The position numbers and the translations under genes were made by a program. From Spirochaetia bacterium (lineage in GTDB: Bacteria; Spirochaetota; Spirochaetia; CADAEX01): DNA of 64,000 nucleotides. How positions within the stretch are numbered: the stretch's first letter is position 1; each line of letters opens with the position of its first letter. The DNA is taken from NCBI GenBank assembly GCA_963662795.1, contig OY759746.1, forward strand, positions 1,216,001-1,280,000. Direction: 5' to 3'. Below, one piece after another: positions 1-9,716 of this stretch. Under the pieces are notes generated by a model that saw only the letters and a list, made by a program, of their open reading frames with translations, searched no databases and was not told the DNA's origin.

Positions 1-1387
1 GGCGGAAAATACCTGCCCCTCCAAGCTCAAACCAGCCGAGAACAGGGTGTTTGATATGCACTTCAACAGACGGTTCTGTAAACGGGAAATACCCCGGAAC
101 ATACATAACTTCCGATGCTCCGGCAACCTCTTCAGCAAACATTTTCAGAAGGCCTAGAAGCGTTTTAAGCGTAACTTCTTCACCAAGGACTATCCCTTCT
201 GTCTGATAAAAATCTGAAAGATGAGTCGCATCAACCTTATCGTATCTGAAACACCTTACAATCCCGAAATATTTACCCGGAATTTTTGCCCGTGTGAGTG
301 TTTTGGCAGAAAGTACTGTCCCCTGGCTTCTTAAAATCAGCCTTTTTGTAAATTCCCTGTCAAAATCGTAACCCCATCCGCGGCTTCCTGTTTTCCACCC
401 GTCTTTATGCGCTGAAGCTACCTGGTCAAGGTAAGGCTGTTCAATGGTTTTTGCCTTGACAGGGTCTGCCAGATGGTAGACATCATGGATATCCCTTGCT
501 GAATGGAACTGGGGCATAAAAAGGGCATCGCAGTTCCAGAATTCTGTTTCAACAAGAGGACCGTCAAACTCCTCAAATCCCAGCGATACAAGCTTATCCT
601 TTACTCCGTCAAGGAACTGCGCATAGGGGCTGTGTCTCCCCAGAAGTACTCTTGAGGGAGGAGTGTTGACATTATAGCCCCTGAAGGTTTTATTTTTCCA
701 GCTTCCGTCAGCAAGCATTTCAGGGGTGAGACTTCCAACCTCTTCGCCTGTAACGCCCTGTTCCTTGAGTAATTTTTTAACTTCTTTACCTGAAGCTGTT
801 ATTCTGTAAACAATATCTTCCCTCCCGGATACGCGGAAAGGAGAACTGCCTCCTCCCCTTTTTTTGCTTATGCCGGATATTGCTGTAATTTCATCGGGAG
901 AAAGGGTGGATTCTTCAAGTTCCCCTTCCCTGATTCCTTTATCAAGAACTGCCCTTACCCATTTCATTGACTGCGATATTCCGCTGCCTTTAATGCAGGC
1001 TCTTTTTTCTTCATCAAGTGCCATTACACCTTCTTTCGACATCTGGCCGAAAGCAGTTCCTGTATCCCTGTTTTCAAGTGACAGCGCTTCATTTATCTCA
1101 GGGAGTTTCATCGGGCCCTTTTCTGATATAAGAGCGAATATCCGTTCAGCCGGCGTCCCGTTTTTCTGCAGATCCCGCCCTGTATCTGTCATCTCATAAA
1201 TAACCCTCTGTTTCTTTTCCTTTTCTTCGATTAGAGACTTTGCGGCAAGCCAGCTGAAAGCCTGATTGCACTGCCCCAGTTTGAATGAAAGCTTTTCCAT
1301 TATAAGTTCAGAAGTAAGATCTTCTTCCCCGGTATTCAAAAGGACCCTTATTTCAAGGGGATGGAGGGTTTTGATATCATAATTCAT
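1..1387 (-). CDS. pheS: Phenylalanyl-tRNA synthetase alpha subunit, long archaeal/spirochaete type (3' end outside window)
   Basis: Not in ORF track. Manual translation from ATG 1387 (RBS AGGAG): MNYDIKTLHPLEIRVLL...FWNCDALFMPQFHSARDIHD...RCFRYDKVDATHLSDFYQTEG...GYFPFTEPSVE...WFELGGAGIFR, i.e. class II aaRS motifs 2/3 with a long N-terminal region. Confidence 0.95.
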   Translation of the reverse strand, partial: MNYDIKTLHPLEIRVLLNTGEEDLTSELIMEKLSFKLGQCNQAFSWLAAKSLIEEKEKKQRVIYEMTDTGRDLQKNGTPAERIFALISEKGPMKLPEINEALSLENRDTGTAFGQMSKEGVMALDEEKRACIKGSGISQSMKWVRAVLDKGIREGELEESTLSPDEITAISGISKKRGGGSSPFRVSGREDIVYRITASGKEVKKLLKEQGVTGEEVGSLTPEMLADGSWKNKTFRGYNVNTPPSRVLLGRHSPYAQFLDGVKDKLVSLGFEEFDGPLVETEFWNCDALFMPQFHSARDIHDVYHLADPVKAKTIEQPYLDQVASAHKDGWKTGSRGWGYDFDREFTKRLILRSQGTVLSAKTLTRAKIPGKYFGIVRCFRYDKVDATHLSDFYQTEGIVLGEEVTLKTLLGLLKMFAEEVAGASEVMYVPGYFPFTEPSVEVHIKHPVLGWFELGGAGIFR

Positions 1388-1399
1388 TGTTAAAACTCC

Positions 1400-2617
1400 T
1401 TATTTAAAATCACCGATGCATCTGGCGGCAACTGCCCTTAAAAAAAGTCCGACATCGCTTACTATTCCGATTGCCTGCCCTGATCCCCTGTCTGCAAGTT
1501 TTGTAACAACAGCAGGATTTATATCTATGCAGATTGTCTTTACCCAGGAAGGCATCATATTTCCGGTACCAATTGAATGAAGCATGGTTGAAAGCATCAG
1601 AACCATCGATGTATCCCTGATAATTTCCGCGTATTCACCCTGTGCCTTTATCATGTCTGTAACCGTTTCGGGGAGCGGGCCGTCATCCCTGATAGAGCCT
1701 GCAAGACAGTATGGAATACCGCTTTTTATTACTTCATACATAATTCCGCTTTCAAGAATCTTCTGGTCAACCGCGTTCTTTATGGAACCGCAGTGATTTA
1801 TCCGGTTTATGGCCCGCATATGGTTTTTATGCCCTTCGTAGGCAGGTTTTCCCGATTTTTGACATACTCCGAGCGATGTTCCGAAAAAAACAGATTCCAT
1901 ATCATGCACCGCGATGGCATTTCCCGCAAGAAGTCCGCCGATAAAACCTTCACGTATAAGAGCAGCAAGAGCTTTTCCCCCGCCTGAATGAACAACAACA
2001 GGACCCGCAACAACAACAACCTTTTCCCTGTTTTGCTTCATCTTGATAAGTTCTGCAGCAATCTTCTCTACTGTAAAATCCGCAGATCTTTCAGATGAAA
2101 CATCGCCTGACATAAATCCGAAATCATCAGACTCCCTTTCCCTCGCCGGGGGAAAAACCCTTACCGATTCTGTAGAGCAAAGTACTCTGTCACCTTTTTT
2201 GACATCACGAAGTTTTCGGCATTCCGGATATTCTTCTCCGTCTATAATTACAGCATCCATCCGCTGGTTTTGTACCGAATGCCATTTGCCGGCATGGAAA
2301 ACCTCTGTCCTGTGGTTTGTGGTTGAATAAAAATCCTCAGGAACGCATTTGTCAGCCGGAGATATTTTAAAAACCGCTTCCGGGGTCTGCTTCTCGTAGC
2401 ATCCGATATGCACAAGCCTTGATGAGAGTCCCTGAAGCTTGTCATCCGATTCACAGATAAGGTCTATTTCCAGAAGAGACTCTTTTGCGTTTGTTTTACC
2501 GATTCTGAATTCAATTATTTCGTAATCTGCCCCTTCCTCGACAATAAGGTTCAGTATCTGGGCAAGAATTCCTGAATCAATCAGATGTCCTTTTGATATA
2601 AATCTTCTCTTTTTCAT
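1400..2617 (-). CDS. TIGR00300 (LOR/SDH-like) family protein, putative archaeal-type ornithine cyclodeaminase
   Basis: GHLIDS, PEDFYSTTNHRTEV, FGFMSGDVSSER, LAGSIRDDGPLP, TMLHSIGTGNMMP, DINPAVVTKLADRGS motifs; start moved to ATG 2617. Confidence 0.85.
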   Translation of the reverse strand: MKKRRFISKGHLIDSGILAQILNLIVEEGADYEIIEFRIGKTNAKESLLEIDLICESDDKLQGLSSRLVHIGCYEKQTPEAVFKISPADKCVPEDFYSTTNHRTEVFHAGKWHSVQNQRMDAVIIDGEEYPECRKLRDVKKGDRVLCSTESVRVFPPARERESDDFGFMSGDVSSERSADFTVEKIAAELIKMKQNREKVVVVAGPVVVHSGGGKALAALIREGFIGGLLAGNAIAVHDMESVFFGTSLGVCQKSGKPAYEGHKNHMRAINRINHCGSIKNAVDQKILESGIMYEVIKSGIPYCLAGSIRDDGPLPETVTDMIKAQGEYAEIIRDTSMVLMLSTMLHSIGTGNMMPSWVKTICIDINPAVVTKLADRGSGQAIGIVSDVGLFLRAVAARCIGDFK

Positions 2618-2666
2618 TGGTATATATGCTCCTGAAGCAAACAAAATTATATGCTTATCAATTTCT

Positions 2667-4937
2667 TCAAGTATTATCAGCTGTTTGCTTTCTGATTATC
2701 CAGCATTTACGGGAAAATCCGCGGCGGGAAAAATCAGGTGAAACTGTTTTTTCTGTAATATCTTCAACTTTGAAATTTTGAACTATACTATCATCGAGTT
2801 TAAATTTTTTAAAGTTGCTGGAGAAAATTATTATCCCGTTTTCAGCAAGTTTTTCCGATGATTTCCGGATGAGGACTGCATGGTCATCCTGAATTACAAA
2901 AATATCTCTCCTGCTTTTCGAATTGGAAAAGGTCGGGGGATCGATAAATATGATGTCGTATTTACCCTTGTCGTTTTCAAGAAATTCCATATAATCACTT
3001 TTAACAATTTTATTTACAGAAAGGGATAGATTGTTCTCTTTAAAATTCCTTTCCGTCCATTCACAGTAGGTCGAGGTTGAGTCTACACTTACAGTGAGGG
3101 AAGCTCCCCCTTTCGCAGCATATACTGACGCGGTTCCTGTATACGAAAAGAGGTTAAGGAATTTTTTACCGGGAGAAATTTCCCTTATCATGTTTCTTAT
3201 GATCCTGTGATCAAGGAATATTCCTGTATCAAGGTAGTCATGATAATTTACATAAAAGGAAAGGCCGCCTTCCTTTATTATATAAAACTTTCCCGCACTG
3301 CTTATCCTTGAGTACCTGTTCCCTTCTTTCTGTCTCTTTCTCTGTCTGAGGCTTATCTCTTTCCTCGGAATGCCGGTTATCTTTTCCGCAGTATAAACTA
3401 TATCCTGAAACCTTTTTTCAGATTTTGACTCAGGTATTTCAGACGGCGGCGCATACTCCTGTATATGGAGGTGACTATCATCATAAATATCAATAGCTGC
3501 CGCGTATTCAGGCATATCCGCATCATAAATTCTATAGGAGCTTATCCCCTCTTTTTCTTTCCATTTTTTAAGCGATTTGATATTTTTTTTAAGCCGGTTG
3601 GCAAGCATTTGTGAATAAAAAACAGATTTTTCTTTTGACAAATCCCCGGATTTCATCTCAGCAGCTGTCGATAAAGATTCATCTGATGAATCAGAAGCGG
3701 CCTGTGAACCGGCAGGCAGAGGGCCAGAAGATGCGCCTGCGCTGTCAGTATTTTCTGTTTGTTCCCTGTATCTTGTGCTTACGGCGAAGATACCGGAAAC
3801 ACATTTGATCGGGCCGTTATAAACAGTATTTACCTGGAGCGGCTTCATGCCGAGTTCCCTTGAGAGCTCTTCGCTTCCTGAAAGGGCAAGAACTTTCCAG
3901 CCCTCGAAAAGTATCCTGAATTTTTCACCTGCAAGCCTGTAAAGGGAAGAGAGGTCCTTTTCCTCGCCAAGCCGCATTCCGTATGGGAGGTTTACGGCGA
4001 TGAGACCGGCTTTGACACTGCCTTCTGACGGCACCTGCAGATCTTTGATATCTTTCCTTTTTACATCTATCAGTTCGAAAAAGCCTGCAGCCTTTATGTT
4101 AAGGAGCGCGGTTTTTACCGCATCGCTGTCAACATCAAAGCCCTTAAGCTGTCCCGGTATTATATTTTCAAGGTTTCTTTTTTCCGCAGCATCATTAATC
4201 AGTTTATCCCACTCATCTTTCTTAAACTGTTTAAGATGCCTGAAACTGTAATTTTTTCGCAAGTAACCCGGGGCGGTATTCGACGCAATCATTGCCGCCT
4301 CAATCAAAAATGTTCCGCTGCCGCACATCGGGTCAAGGAATCCGCAGTGTTCGGCAGACATTTTGTCCCAGCCTGCTCTTTCAAGAAGAGCGCAGGCAAG
4401 GTTTTCCTTAAGAGGAGCCTGTCCCCCCTTCTGTCTGTAGCCCCGCTGATGCAGGCTGCCGCCTGAAATATCAAGGCTGATGGTGCATCTGTCTCTGGCT
4501 GTAAAAAGATTTATCCTTATGTCAGGATTTTCCCGGTCGACATCAGGTCTTTTATTAAAAACACCCCTGAAATGGTCAGATATGCCGTCTTTTACAAGAA
4601 GAGACAGATAGGAAGCATTATTGAACCTGCGGGAAAGCGATGTAGTATCGACTGCGATTGTTTTATCCGGAGTAAAGAATTCAGACCATTTTATGATTTT
4701 TGCCCTTTCATAGATTTCATTTTCATCAGAAGCATAAAAATCTTCCAGGGCAAGCAGTACCTTTCCGGCAGTACCGGACCAGAGGCACACCTTCTGTCCG
4801 TCTGTAAAAGTCCCCTGGAATTCTGCTCCACCCTGTTTCTGAAGGGGTTTCCCGGAAACAATCTTTTCAAGTTCTTTAACCAGCTGGTATTCAAATCCGG
4901 AGGGACATGTAACAAAGTATCTGTATGATTTAGCCAT
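2667..4937 (-). CDS. rlmKL: Bifunctional 23S rRNA (G2445-N2/G2069-N7) methyltransferase RlmKL
   Basis: THUMP region, LHQRGYR...APLKENLA, DPMCGSGT, NLPYG; second MTase with YRIYDADMPEY, YLDTGIFLDHR, NLFSYTG, DPPTFSNSK. Confidence 0.95.
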   Translation of the reverse strand: MAKSYRYFVTCPSGFEYQLVKELEKIVSGKPLQKQGGAEFQGTFTDGQKVCLWSGTAGKVLLALEDFYASDENEIYERAKIIKWSEFFTPDKTIAVDTTSLSRRFNNASYLSLLVKDGISDHFRGVFNKRPDVDRENPDIRINLFTARDRCTISLDISGGSLHQRGYRQKGGQAPLKENLACALLERAGWDKMSAEHCGFLDPMCGSGTFLIEAAMIASNTAPGYLRKNYSFRHLKQFKKDEWDKLINDAAEKRNLENIIPGQLKGFDVDSDAVKTALLNIKAAGFFELIDVKRKDIKDLQVPSEGSVKAGLIAVNLPYGMRLGEEKDLSSLYRLAGEKFRILFEGWKVLALSGSEELSRELGMKPLQVNTVYNGPIKCVSGIFAVSTRYREQTENTDSAGASSGPLPAGSQAASDSSDESLSTAAEMKSGDLSKEKSVFYSQMLANRLKKNIKSLKKWKEKEGISSYRIYDADMPEYAAAIDIYDDSHLHIQEYAPPSEIPESKSEKRFQDIVYTAEKITGIPRKEISLRQRKRQKEGNRYSRISSAGKFYIIKEGGLSFYVNYHDYLDTGIFLDHRIIRNMIREISPGKKFLNLFSYTGTASVYAAKGGASLTVSVDSTSTYCEWTERNFKENNLSLSVNKIVKSDYMEFLENDKGKYDIIFIDPPTFSNSKSRRDIFVIQDDHAVLIRKSSEKLAENGIIIFSSNFKKFKLDDSIVQNFKVEDITEKTVSPDFSRRGFSRKCWIIRKQTADNT

Positions 4938-4960
4938 ATTTTCCTGTTTAAATTGATTAT

Positions 4961-5112
4961 GGACACCTCAAAAACTCTGTTTTTTCCGGTTCCGGAAAAA
5001 ACAATTCCTTACGCCAACGGCGTTCAGGTGCCTTGTATGCCCCGGATTTAATAAAATCCGGGGGAAAGGGGCTGCGGAACGAACCCGGTGCAGGCACTGG
5101 ATAGAGGCCCCC
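4961..5112. mobile_element. 152-bp MITE/REP-like non-coding insertion
   Basis: Flanked by TTAT direct repeats (4957-4960, 5113-5116); imperfect termini GGACACCTCA / rc GGGGGCCTCT; internal perfect inverted repeats at 4978-5003 (12 bp) and 5040-5063 (10 bp). Confidence 0.6.
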
Positions 5113-5316
5113 TTATAATATCAAAGAGGTAATTTTGAAATCTATTGTACCGCAGATGATCCCGATAATTTAATAATATTGATTTTACATCATGCTATTG
5201 CAGGTAAGGCAAAGAGTCAATAACCGGCAAAGCCGGCTGCAGCGGAAGGAAATAATAGCGTACAGGCTGAAGGAAGACAACCGTAAGTCCATTTCAGCGG
5301 ACTGCCTGCAGGAAAC

Positions 5317-5847
5317 TCAATTATCAGCAAGCGCCTCTTCGTAGTTTTTAATCACAAGAACTTCTGAAAGACCCTCACGTCTTTCAGGGTGTTCAACATC
5401 TGCGGCAAGATTTGCAATAATCTTCTCCGGGACCATATCGCCCGGGTCTCTTTCCCTGTTTCTTTTAAGACAGGTAGATGTATCTGTAGCCATAAAAATG
5501 GCGGATATGTTTTTTTTCATTCTTTTTGCGATAGCTATATAAGGTTCCCTTGAGGATGAGGAAAGACTCATATTGTCAAGAACAATTGATTCCCCCATCT
5601 GGAGGAGATGTTCGATCAGTTTCCTCTCAATATGCTTTACAAGAGTTTCATCCACAACATCAAACTTGTCCTCTGACCATTTTTCTCCGAAAGTCATCAT
5701 CTCATAAAGGTGCTGCCGGATCTCCTTACGGCTTACCCTTTTACTTCCTGATTTCATGAAATATTTTCTTGCAAAATGGGATTTTCCTGACCCGGGCAAG
5801 CCGCAGACAAGAATCACATCACTTTTTCTGAACTGTTCAAGTGTCAT
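5317..5847 (-). CDS. AAA_33 / polynucleotide-kinase-like P-loop kinase
   Basis: CGLPGSGKS Walker A, IVLDN, CLKRNRER lid, VPEKII...P..EG tail. Confidence 0.75.
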   Translation of the reverse strand: MTLEQFRKSDVILVCGLPGSGKSHFARKYFMKSGSKRVSRKEIRQHLYEMMTFGEKWSEDKFDVVDETLVKHIERKLIEHLLQMGESIVLDNMSLSSSSREPYIAIAKRMKKNISAIFMATDTSTCLKRNRERDPGDMVPEKIIANLAADVEHPERREGLSEVLVIKNYEEALADN

Positions 5848-5898
5848 TGATTGTTCCTCCTGACTCTTTTAATACTTATCGGCCGCAGATGAATATAA

Positions 5899-7020
5899 TT
5901 ATACGTTAATAACCCTTCCATTATCTTTCAGACAGTTTCTGATATATGATATATCCAGTTCAAGATTTTTGGATATCTCAAGCAGCAGGTTTTCCGTTAT
6001 AAGATTCTGCTCCGCATAGAGATACATAAGGGCTTTTTCAGCGATAAATTGCACCAGAAAAGCATTCATGTTGATTTCCTGATCTTCAACTTCATCAATA
6101 TATTTCCTGTGAAAATGCCGGAAAAGGGCAGATTTCCTGATATCATCCTTTATTGCAAAAAGTTCATCAACAAGAGGTCCGGTATCACCGGCGCTTGCCC
6201 TTTGCCCGAGAGGTTTCAGGATAAGATAGGTATATTCTTTCCCCGGCAGATAATGATGGGCATCACACCTTGTACAGTAGTTCGGCTCCAGCGATCCGCT
6301 CTTTTCCCTGTCTCCTCCAATTACAATAAGAGGATCAAAATAGAGTGCCGGACATTCCTGTCCGTCAATATTGTAATACCTGTATGTGTAGAATGAATCT
6401 TCCATACACTCTTCATGTTCGCAATATGCAGTAAGCTGGAAAACATCAGTTGATATATCAAGAAGAAAGCGGGCTGTTGAATTAAAAATGTCCTTTCTGA
6501 AATTGAGGATAAGTGTCGGAAAAATAAAGACCAGTCCTTTTTCCTCTGATTCCTTTTTTACAACATAAGCTGTCCTCTCATCATAAAAGGTTGCCTCATC
6601 AATTATCCAGGTGCCGCACTCCGGGTTCTTTGCAATAAGTGTTTCAAGATCAAAGGAGTTTTTTATAACAGCCATCCTTTTACCGCATCTTTCATAGCCG
6701 CCCCTGTAGGCAAGCGCATCTTCCGGATAACCGGTAAATCTTTTTCCGTCAAGCGAGGACCGTATAAAAAAAACATTTCTCCTGTCGGCCTTGCCTGTAA
6801 GCGTGTTTTCCGCAATTGCGGGAGATTTCATCCCGAGAACACGGGAATCTCTCCAGACTCTTGCCGAATACTCTGTCTTGCCTGAGCCCATGGGGCCGAT
6901 TACAAGAATTCTCCTGCTCTGTTTTTTGAAATCAAAATGATTGAATGAGTGGTGTATCTTGAGCTGGGGAAAGCCGATGTTTTTAAGAAAATTCCAGTGT
7001 TCGTCGTAATTTCCGATCAT
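5899..7020 (-). CDS. tdk: Thymidine kinase, long spirochaete-type
   Basis: GPMGSGKTE P-loop, IIDEA, LNFRKDIF, Zn ligands CEHEEC...YCTRCDAHH, C-terminal extension. Confidence 0.88.
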   Translation of the reverse strand: MIGNYDEHWNFLKNIGFPQLKIHHSFNHFDFKKQSRRILVIGPMGSGKTEYSARVWRDSRVLGMKSPAIAENTLTGKADRRNVFFIRSSLDGKRFTGYPEDALAYRGGYERCGKRMAVIKNSFDLETLIAKNPECGTWIIDEATFYDERTAYVVKKESEEKGLVFIFPTLILNFRKDIFNSTARFLLDISTDVFQLTAYCEHEECMEDSFYTYRYYNIDGQECPALYFDPLIVIGGDREKSGSLEPNYCTRCDAHHYLPGKEYTYLILKPLGQRASAGDTGPLVDELFAIKDDIRKSALFRHFHRKYIDEVEDQEINMNAFLVQFIAEKALMYLYAEQNLITENLLLEISKNLELDISYIRNCLKDNGRVINV

Positions 7021-7027
7021 GAGTTAT

Positions 7028-7036
7028 ATTATAGCA
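7028..7036 (-). promoter_or_regulatory. Extended -10 promoter (TGcTATAAT) for tdk
   Basis: Reverse complement reads TGCTATAAT-ataactc-ATG; no Shine-Dalgarno between box and ATG. Confidence 0.6.
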
Positions 7037-7154
7037 AAAGACTTTCATTTTAAGTAATTTTTTTATAAATTATTTAAGGGCACTCCATTAAATTAAGGAT
7101 AAGAATAACTTGATGACAGCTGCCGGAAGACTATTCGCCGGTAAAGGATATATT

Positions 7155-7652
7155 TTGAAAGATATTGATGATGTGGAAAAGATAGACTGGAAGAACTGGC
7201 AGCCCCAGGAAAAAGCGGTAATAGTATACATCCGCACAAGTTCAGGGATAGTACTGATTGAAAAAAAAACAGGTCTTGGAGCCGGAAAAGTCAACGGGCC
7301 CGGCGGCAGGATTGAAACAGGAGAAACCCCGGAAGAGGCTGCTGTCAGGGAGTGCAGGGAAGAAATTGGAGTTACACCTCTTTCATTAAGTCTCGGGGCA
7401 GAACTTTCGTTTATATTCAAGGACGGATATTCACTTTTCGGGTATGCTTTTACGGCAGACGGATATAAAGGGACACTGATAGAAACAGATGAGGCAAAAC
7501 CTTTTATATGCAGGGAAGAGGATCTGCCCTATGACAGGATGTGGGAAGATGACCTTTACTGGCTTCCTCAGGCTCTTTCCGGAAAAAAAGTAACAGGCCG
7601 ATTTATTTTTGACAATGATAAAATGCTGAGCAGGAGCGTCAGCATTACTTAA
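7155..7652 (+). CDS. NUDIX hydrolase, 8-oxo-dGTPase (MTH1/MutX-like)
   Basis: KKTGLGAGKVNGPGGRIETGETPEEAAVRECREEIG Nudix box, MWEDDLYWLP; TTG 7155 after AAGGA. Confidence 0.88.
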   Translation: MKDIDDVEKIDWKNWQPQEKAVIVYIRTSSGIVLIEKKTGLGAGKVNGPGGRIETGETPEEAAVRECREEIGVTPLSLSLGAELSFIFKDGYSLFGYAFTADGYKGTLIETDEAKPFICREEDLPYDRMWEDDLYWLPQALSGKKVTGRFIFDNDKMLSRSVSIT

Positions 7653-7723
7653 GACTGATAGGTTAAAAACCGTTGTTTAATTAACTGGCTTCAAGAAATA
7701 TCCCGGCAAAACTGATATCCGTT

Positions 7724-9634
7724 TCACTCCTGATCTGCCGTCGGGAGGGAAACATAAAAAACAGTACCGCGCCCTATCTCCGATTCAAACCAGATTTCTC
7801 CGCCGTGACTGCCGGCAATACCTGCTGCAGCGGCAAGCCCCATACCGGAATTGTAGCTGTTTTCACGTGTAGTAAAAAAAGGCTCAAATACTGCATCCCG
7901 AAGGGATGGATCAATCCCATCGCCGCTGTCGGAAATTGAAATAAGAACATGAGGTTTTCCGTCACGGTTTTTGCTGCAGGAAGTGCGGAAAAAAATCTCA
8001 CCTCCCTTTTGCAGCGCATCTACCGAATTAAGACTTATATTCATAAGCATCTTAAACAGCTGTTCGCTGTCGCCGGGTACAACGCATCCCGGCATTATTT
8101 CACTGCTTACATTAATGTTTTTAGTAAAGCCAAGGTCCAGAAGCATTATGCATTTTTTAATTATTTCACCGATATCCACTCTTTCAGATTTTTTTATATC
8201 TTTTCGGGCATAGGAAAGCAGCGAATCAACAAGTTCCCTTGATTTTTCAACTCCAAGAAGAATTCTTTTCAGATATTCTTCTTTCTTGCAGCTGTCATTT
8301 TCACCCGGAAGAAGTTCCGCGTATCCGGATATCCCCATGAGCTGATTGTTAAACCCATGGGCAATCCCTCCGGCGAGACGCATAACGGAACTATTAAGGT
8401 AATTCTTAAGCATGAGATCGTGGAGCTTTTTCTTGTTTTCTATCATCCTGTTCGCTGATTCTGCTATCTGCCTGAATTCGCTGAAATTTACCTTTTCAGG
8501 ATCAATTAAAATATCTTTTGCCGCCGCATTGCTGAAAAATTCCAGAAACTCCGTTATGTCTTTTTTAAACAGACCGCGTATAAGCGCAGCTGTCGCAACA
8601 ATAATAATGCTTGCCAGTAAGGAAAGGACAAGCTCCTCTGTGAGATTGGTGAATATCATTCCCGCAAGCTCACTCCTCTTCTGTTTAACCTCTGCTTCGA
8701 GATCCTCTAGATAAATACCGCTGCCTATATAGGCTCCGGCCACGGGTATAGCTGTCACATAACTTACTTTATTGATCCTTCCGGTGTTATCTGCGGACTG
8801 AGATGCGGATATTTCCAAAACCGGGGGCATTTGATATTCAACAACACCCCCTCCGGAAAGGGCTTTATCAATAAGGTTTGTTACAACATCAGCATTGTTC
8901 CCGACAGGGTCGAGAATCATATTGCGTCCCATCTCAGGTCCGGCAAGGCTTACACCCTCATAAGTTCCCGCGAAAAAATTAATTTCATCCGACAAATCAT
9001 TGAAAAGTTCCCTGAATATCTCAGAGGCAATTTCCCTGTAAAGGGAAGCTTTCTCAAGATAATATGCAAAATACAATTTTTGACTGTCATTTCCATTAAA
9101 AATAAAATTGTTCTGATAAAGAAACCCCGCATCATCATGAAGCTCAACATTTCTGCTTGATAAATTTGCTTTCCATTTTTTATGGATATGAGCCTGACTT
9201 TCATTAAAGGATAAAGAAGGGGAAGATGAGAACAAAATATTTCCGTCATAATCCGACACAAAATAATAAATATGATCCTCAAAATACAGGAAATCCTCAC
9301 CGAATATTTCTGAAGGATTGCATATCGCAGATTTTTCTGACGAAAATGAACAGTAATTTGAGAGTACCTGAAGCCTGTCCCTGCAGTTCTGCAGCAGAGC
9401 GTCTTCCCTGTGCCTGAAACCGTAATATACGAAAGAAACAAGATTATCTATTGTTTTTTCAATATCAGTAATCCGCCGGGATCTGGTATTAAGCTCGTAA
9501 TCAGCAATTTCCTTGTTTCGGCTTCTGATTTCGCCGGTTACGAGAGCGGAATAGATTATTATAATTGAAAGGACTGAAATCAGGGTCAGAGATAAAATAA
9601 ACGCTGAATTAAGACTTTTAAATATTTTTTTCAC
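7724..9634 (-). CDS. Membrane sensor histidine kinase (Cache-like periplasmic region, HisKA, HATPase), orphan
   Basis: Two TM segments; AGGIAHGFNNQL H-box, DSGDGI, FEPFFTTR, SGMGLA; upstream TTGATA-17-TATATT. Confidence 0.85.
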   Translation of the reverse strand: MKKIFKSLNSAFILSLTLISVLSIIIIYSALVTGEIRSRNKEIADYELNTRSRRITDIEKTIDNLVSFVYYGFRHREDALLQNCRDRLQVLSNYCSFSSEKSAICNPSEIFGEDFLYFEDHIYYFVSDYDGNILFSSSPSLSFNESQAHIHKKWKANLSSRNVELHDDAGFLYQNNFIFNGNDSQKLYFAYYLEKASLYREIASEIFRELFNDLSDEINFFAGTYEGVSLAGPEMGRNMILDPVGNNADVVTNLIDKALSGGGVVEYQMPPVLEISASQSADNTGRINKVSYVTAIPVAGAYIGSGIYLEDLEAEVKQKRSELAGMIFTNLTEELVLSLLASIIIVATAALIRGLFKKDITEFLEFFSNAAAKDILIDPEKVNFSEFRQIAESANRMIENKKKLHDLMLKNYLNSSVMRLAGGIAHGFNNQLMGISGYAELLPGENDSCKKEEYLKRILLGVEKSRELVDSLLSYARKDIKKSERVDIGEIIKKCIMLLDLGFTKNINVSSEIMPGCVVPGDSEQLFKMLMNISLNSVDALQKGGEIFFRTSCSKNRDGKPHVLISISDSGDGIDPSLRDAVFEPFFTTRENSYNSGMGLAAAAGIAGSHGGEIWFESEIGRGTVFYVSLPTADQE

Positions 9635-9716
9635 ATATTTGCCCGGCAGAATCTTTTTCTGCTGATTAAATATAGTCCTCTTTTACTACTTTATCAAATT
9701 TTCATAAAAACCCGCC

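Noticed and set aside
864-1199. 111-aa plus-strand ORF and the many other short antisense or overlapping ORFs in the track (e.g. 50776-51449, 51374-52108)
   Set aside because: Shadows of well-supported genes on the opposite strand or in another frame; no motifs or RBS
5199-5312. GGCAAA...GCAAAGCC pattern reminiscent of a c-di-GMP-I riboswitch
   Set aside because: No GAAA-tetraloop stem or proper P1/P2 geometry, and no downstream gene on that strand; only a small CCGGC-AAA-GCCGG hairpin
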